The position numbers were made by a program, and so were the translations under genes. The notes under the pieces are model-generated. The model saw only the letters and a list, made by a program, of their open reading frames with translations. It was not told the DNA's origin and searched no databases. This document shows positions 59,882 to 64,000 of a stretch of 64,000 nt of DNA, one piece after another. The stretch spans positions 2,381 through 66,380 of the forward strand of contig JBAZSG010000001.1 of assembly GCA_041662585.1 (NCBI GenBank), in the 5' to 3' direction. The stretch's first letter is position 1. The number at the start of each line of letters is the position of its first letter. The stretch comes from Patescibacteria group bacterium. GTDB taxonomy: Bacteria; Patescibacteriota; Patescibacteriia; UBA1558; GWA2-36-10.

Positions 59882-60991
59882 CTATCTAGCATTTATGATA
59901 TTTAATTTTTTAGCTATATTATCTATAAGCTGTTTGCTAGCTACTTCCAAATCTTTATCAATGACCACTTTGGCTAAATGTCTACTACCACTCGCTCCCA
60001 TATCTTTTATCAGCTCCGCTGCATTGATATTGTTTATACTATAAATCCAAGCTTCTGTAGAATACAACTCCAATTGATAAAATATAATGGCTACCTGAGA
60101 GCCTGGAGTAGCCAATATTAAATCTTGTACCATATCAGCAAAATCTTTTGGTAAATTTTCTATTTCTTCATGATTCAAATAAGAACTGATAATATTACCC
60201 TGCTTTTTAAGTCTAGACAGAACTTTACCCCAAGATTTTAAAGTATCAATATCTTTGGTTCGATAAAGACCTTCTATTATTTGTTCACGATTGGCTCCTT
60301 TGATAATCAATTGTGATGCCAAATCTAATGTATCGGGAGTGACTTTGGGAGATTGAAAACTGCTAGTTGCCATTATCATACCAGCCAAAAGACAAGTGGC
60401 TATCTCCCTATCAATATCTTGTCGTAAAACTTGATAAGATACTTCGGCGATAGAAGTAATATTTGCTTCTACTATATTTACTTGTCCATAATTTTCATTG
60501 AGCACTGAAGTATCAATATTTACAATTGCTCTATTGTGAAAAAAGTGTCTGTTCTCAGAAAATATATTTCCCAAAGATTCTAAATCATTAGCGCCCAAAA
60601 CAATAATCAAATCATACTTATATTCTCCTCTATCTGTTTTGACATCTTGCGAACTAAAAATACCATTGTCTGGAACAATATCAATAATCAATTCGCTATC
60701 TTCCATATCATAGCTAAGTTGTTTTACTTTTGTTTTGGAAGTATCAAGAATAATTTTAAACTTATTCAAATTACCCAAATTATTTGAAATATTTATATGC
60801 CCTGGCAAAAAATTATATTTGGCAATTTTGCCATCAAAACATATATCAGCTTTCTTTTTTTGCTTGGACAAAAAAATCTGCCAAGCCATAGCTGAACCTA
60901 AAACATCTAAACTTGGATTATTTGGACCAGTAATGAGTATATTAGTAGCTGAATCCAAAACTTTTTTTAATTCTTTATTTAATAAATCCAT
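59882..60991 (-). CDS. DHH/DHHA1-family phosphoesterase-like protein with degenerate catalytic motifs (NrnA paralog)
   Basis: Overall NrnA-like layout, but the Asp motif reads GPNNPSLDVLGS (not DxD) and the DHH motif reads NIDTSV (not DHH). Compare the canonical copy that begins at 63534. Confidence 0.5.
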   Translation of the reverse strand: MDLLNKELKKVLDSATNILITGPNNPSLDVLGSAMAWQIFLSKQKKKADICFDGKIAKYNFLPGHINISNNLGNLNKFKIILDTSKTKVKQLSYDMEDSELIIDIVPDNGIFSSQDVKTDRGEYKYDLIIVLGANDLESLGNIFSENRHFFHNRAIVNIDTSVLNENYGQVNIVEANITSIAEVSYQVLRQDIDREIATCLLAGMIMATSSFQSPKVTPDTLDLASQLIIKGANREQIIEGLYRTKDIDTLKSWGKVLSRLKKQGNIISSYLNHEEIENLPKDFADMVQDLILATPGSQVAIIFYQLELYSTEAWIYSINNINAAELIKDMGASGSRHLAKVVIDKDLEVASKQLIDNIAKKLNIINAR

Positions 60992-61163
60992 TATATTTTT
61001 AATTTTGACTGTTAAATCTACACCAAATTACCCCTAACTGTCAATAGCCCTATCTTCTTCAATGGTTGACTTTTTTGTCAATTTTTAGTAAAGTAAGCAC
61101 GAAATATATAATTTTTACTCAAAATACACCAAATTATCTCGTGTATTTAATTTATTTAAAACT

Positions 61164-63146
61164 ATGAATGTAAGCACTCTAGCTCGACAATTAAAGGTAA
61201 CTACTAGCGAATTACTAGAAAAGCTCCCTGAGCTAGGTTTTGATATTGGTGCTAGAGCAATCAAAGTTGATGATAAATTGGTTCCCAAAATAACCAATGC
61301 TTGGAAAAAAGCTATCAAAAAAGAAAAATTTAAAACTGATTTATCTAAAATAGAAGAACGTGGTAAAGAGGATTTAAGTCCAAAAGTCACTAGTGAAAAT
61401 AAACAAATATCAATAAACGATACTATCATAGTCAAAGACTTTGCTGAAGCAATGAAATTGCCAATAGCCAAGTTAATGGCCGAGCTAATGAGAAATGGCA
61501 TCATGGTATCGCTAAATGAAAGAATTGATTTTGATACAGCTACTATCATAGCTGAAGATCTAGGATTTAAAGTGATTAAATCCAATGAAGAAATACTAGA
61601 AGAACAAAGTAAACGTGAAAAATTGGAAAAACTTTTGATCAATAGAAAAAATAAAACTGCCAAAGCCCCAGTAGTAGTGGTCATGGGTCATGTTGATCAT
61701 GGCAAAACAAAACTGCTAGATGCTATCCGAGAAACAAATGTCGTTGATCAAGAAGCTGGTGGTATTACTCAACATATTGGTGCTTATCAAGTAACTACCA
61801 AAGGTAGACTGATTACTTTTTTAGATACTCCAGGACATGAAGCCTTCAAGGCTATGCGCAGTCGTGGTGGACAAATCGCTGATGTAGCAGTACTCGTTGT
61901 AGCAGCTGACGATGGCCTCCAACCCCAAACACTAGAAAGTATTTCTGTTATTCAAAAAGAAAAACTTCCTTATGTAGTAGCTATAAACAAGATTGATAAA
62001 GAAGAAGCTGATGTTGATAAAGTAAAAAATGAATTGTCAGAATTAAACCTTGTTCCAGAAGATTGGGGTGGTAAAACTATTTGCCAACCTATATCTGCTA
62101 AATTCAAAAAAAATATTCCCGAGTTGCTAGAAACTATTCTTTTGATAGCTGATTTGGAAGAGCTCAAAGCTGATTTGGATGGTAATGCTGTGGGTACTAT
62201 TATAGAATCACATATCGACAAAAGTGCTGGACCAGTAGCAACCATATTGGTACAAGTTGGAACGCTCAAAATAGGTGATATGTTTTTAGTTGGTAGTGTT
62301 CCGGGCAAAATAAAAATAATGGAAGATTGGTTAGGCAAAGGCATCCAAAGTGCTGGACCAGCTACCCCTGTCAAAATACTAGGTCTAAAAGAACTACCTA
62401 GTGTCGGCGAAATATTGGAAGTTATTACTGATAAAAAAGAATACAAAGCCCGATTAAAACAAGTAGGTTCTCAAAGTAAAGCTATGAGAAATTCTTCTAG
62501 TGTCCATAAAAATGGCAATGGCTCTGATGAAGAAAATCCAGATATAGCTATTTTGAACTTGATTATCAAATCAGATGTACTGGGTTCTGCTGAAGCTATT
62601 GAAGAATCATTATCAAAAATAAAAGTTGAAAATACAGCTATCAAAATACTCAAAAAAGGCTTGGGTCAAATCACCGAAGATGATGTTGCCAATGCTGAAG
62701 CGACCAATGCTTTCATTCTTGGTTTTCATATCAAAGAAAACAAAAGCGTCAATGCTCTAGCCAATGAAAAACATGTTACTATCCTCCACTTCGATATTAT
62801 CTACAAACTACTTGAAGAAATAGAAAAGATTTTGATTGGTATCAAAGCTAAAAAAACTATTCACAAATTCATGGGTAAGCTAGAAGTACTGGCGATATTT
62901 AAATCTACTCCAAAATCTATGATTGTTGGTGGTAAGGTTATTGAAGGTAAGATCACTAAAAATAGTAAAATAAAAGTATTAAAAAATGGTCAAGTAGAAA
63001 GTATTGGCGAATTGCTCAGTTTGCAATCTGCCAAAGAAAATGTCTCTGAAGTAGTAGCTGGAAATGAAACTGGCTTGGAATATAAAGGAGAGCCAATTAT
63101 AGAGGTCGGAGATATATTAGAATTTTTTGAAGAAATATATGAATAA
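61164..63146 (+). CDS. infB: Translation initiation factor IF-2 (short N-terminal form)
   Basis: G domain G1 GHVDHGKT, G3 DTPGH, G4 NKID, followed by the beta-barrel domains. Confidence 0.95.
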   Translation: MNVSTLARQLKVTTSELLEKLPELGFDIGARAIKVDDKLVPKITNAWKKAIKKEKFKTDLSKIEERGKEDLSPKVTSENKQISINDTIIVKDFAEAMKLPIAKLMAELMRNGIMVSLNERIDFDTATIIAEDLGFKVIKSNEEILEEQSKREKLEKLLINRKNKTAKAPVVVVMGHVDHGKTKLLDAIRETNVVDQEAGGITQHIGAYQVTTKGRLITFLDTPGHEAFKAMRSRGGQIADVAVLVVAADDGLQPQTLESISVIQKEKLPYVVAINKIDKEEADVDKVKNELSELNLVPEDWGGKTICQPISAKFKKNIPELLETILLIADLEELKADLDGNAVGTIIESHIDKSAGPVATILVQVGTLKIGDMFLVGSVPGKIKIMEDWLGKGIQSAGPATPVKILGLKELPSVGEILEVITDKKEYKARLKQVGSQSKAMRNSSSVHKNGNGSDEENPDIAILNLIIKSDVLGSAEAIEESLSKIKVENTAIKILKKGLGQITEDDVANAEATNAFILGFHIKENKSVNALANEKHVTILHFDIIYKLLEEIEKILIGIKAKKTIHKFMGKLEVLAIFKSTPKSMIVGGKVIEGKITKNSKIKVLKNGQVESIGELLSLQSAKENVSEVVAGNETGLEYKGEPIIEVGDILEFFEEIYE

Positions 63147-63465
63147 ACGTAGCGCACAAGTAGCTGAGCTTTTGCGCAGTGAAATAAATAAAATAATTAT
63201 CAAAGATTTTGAATCACCAATGGGTACACTGATTAGTATTTCTGAAGTCACTATTTCAGATGATCTCAAAAATGCTACAGCCTATATTAGTATTATCCCT
63301 CATAACAAACTAGGCACCGGACTAGAAGCTATCAAAAGATTTTCTGGACATATCCAAAAAAACATTGGCAAACATATCGCCATCCATACCACTCCTAGAA
63401 TAAGTTGGCAATTAGATGAACGAGATCTCAAATATAGTGCCATAGACGAAGCTTTAAAAGACTAA
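63127..63465 (+). CDS. rbfA: Ribosome-binding factor A
   Basis: RSAQVAELLRSEINKIII...ISISEVTISDDLKNATAYISII. Overlaps the infB end by 20 nt; an alternative start lies at 63139. Confidence 0.85.
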   Translation: MKKYMNKRSAQVAELLRSEINKIIIKDFESPMGTLISISEVTISDDLKNATAYISIIPHNKLGTGLEAIKRFSGHIQKNIGKHIAIHTTPRISWQLDERDLKYSAIDEALKD

Positions 63466-63495
63466 AAACCTCCATAATCACACGGAGGTTTTTTC
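63465..63495 (+). terminator. Rho-independent terminator after rbfA
   Basis: AAAACCTCC-ATAATCACAC-GGAGGTTTTTTC. Confidence 0.65.
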
Positions 63496-63496
63496 A

Positions 63497-63525
63497 TTGA
63501 CTAAAATATATTTTTAAGCTATATT
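63497..63525 (+). promoter_or_regulatory. Candidate sigma70-type promoter for nrnA
   Basis: TTGACT, 17-nt spacer, TATATT; 8 nt upstream of the ATG at 63534 (possibly leaderless or a very short leader). Confidence 0.35.
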
Positions 63526-63533
63526 GTTTAGCT

Positions 63534-64000
63534 ATGGAAAATCACAAAACTAGCAGTGAAAATATAAGACAAGAGATAAATAAGGCCAAAGATATTTTGC
63601 TCCTTTCTCACAAAAAACCCGATGGAGATACTCTGGGAGCAAATTTGGCTATGCTCACTTATTTGAAAGCGCAAAATAAAAATGTGACTAGTTTTTGTTT
63701 GGATCCATTACCAAGTATTTTTGAATTTTTGCCAAATAGTCATTTTATAACCAATGATCACAGAGTTTTTAGTAAAAAATATGATCTGGTTATAGTACTA
63801 GACTCTGGTTCCTTGGAATATGCTGGTATAGACAAACTACTAACTGCTCTACCACCAGTTTATATATTAATAAATATAGATCATCATATTAGCAATCCAA
63901 ACTATGGCGACATCAACCTCGTCATTCACGAAGCATCTTCAACTTGTGAAGTAATTTATAGATTATTAAAAGATTGGAATATTAATTGGACTAGCGATAT
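63534..64000 (+). CDS. nrnA: Bifunctional oligoribonuclease/pAp phosphatase NrnA (DHH family), partial at window end
   Basis: Canonical motifs HKKPDGDTLGANLA, VLDSG and NIDHH; the ORF continues past position 64000. Confidence 0.75.
   Translation, partial: MENHKTSSENIRQEINKAKDILLLSHKKPDGDTLGANLAMLTYLKAQNKNVTSFCLDPLPSIFEFLPNSHFITNDHRVFSKKYDLVIVLDSGSLEYAGIDKLLTALPPVYILINIDHHISNPNYGDINLVIHEASSTCEVIYRLLKDWNINWTSD

Noticed and set aside
61037-61164. Missing nusA upstream of infB as evidence of rearrangement.
   Set aside because: nusA could simply be elsewhere in the genome, and nothing within the window can test this.
61115-62653. Minus-strand ORFs 61115-61684, 61970-62446 and 62471-62653 overlapping infB.
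   Set aside because: They are antisense to IF-2 with Ser-rich low-complexity translations, so they are spurious.
1-64000. CRISPR arrays or other regularly spaced direct repeats.
   Set aside because: I found no repeat-spacer periodicity on either strand; the only repeats seen are protein-coding (Gly-rich repeat proteins) and terminator hairpins.

Overview
The window is AT-rich with densely packed genes, as in a small-genome, low-GC bacterium. The gene content (compact pilus cluster with no secretin, T4SS-like genes, tRNA-Ile with a UAU anticodon) is reminiscent of Patescibacteria/CPR or Gram-positive-type envelopes; this taxonomic reading is inference only. Recognisable housekeeping genes are lemA-htpX-Clp ATPase, comF, two tRNA-Ser and one tRNA-Arg, recG, the rpsF-ssb-rpsR-efp operon, a THUMP-type RNA methyltransferase, ksgA, tsaC, leuS, a LysM/M23 peptidase, CaCA and CPA1 antiporters, and infB-rbfA-nrnA. 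The accessory content is grouped as follows.
(1) Positions 1-5136 hold three secreted proteins: one partial Cys-rich protein and two paralogous Gly-repeat, fibre-like proteins with a shared N-terminus and a repeated tail-fibre-like module.
(2) A minus-strand type IV secretion-like module (13589-21300) encodes a PrgI/VirB3-like protein, a VirB4 ATPase split into two ORFs joined at TAATG, a VirB8-like bitopic protein, small membrane proteins, a membrane-anchored beta-propeller, and a VirB2/TrbC-topology protein with a long Cys/Asp-rich tail.
(3) A second minus-strand operon (24611-38903), separated from the first by the rpsF-ssb-rpsR-efp operon and the divergent methyltransferase gene, encodes a membrane protein with thrombospondin-type-3-like Ca-binding motifs, a 2921-aa signal-peptide-bearing Cys-rich giant protein, a VirB6/TrbL-like polytopic protein with a ~700-aa charged coiled-coil tail, and a 418-aa unknown.
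(4) A type IV pilus cluster (pilB, pilC, four pilin-like genes) sits between a CheY-like response regulator and a large 7TM-Cache-HAMP-PAS histidine kinase with a separate PAS protein.
I consider the T4SS-like machinery plus the giant secreted protein the best candidate for an undescribed cell-surface or host-interaction system. All homology statements below are from reading motifs, not from database searches.
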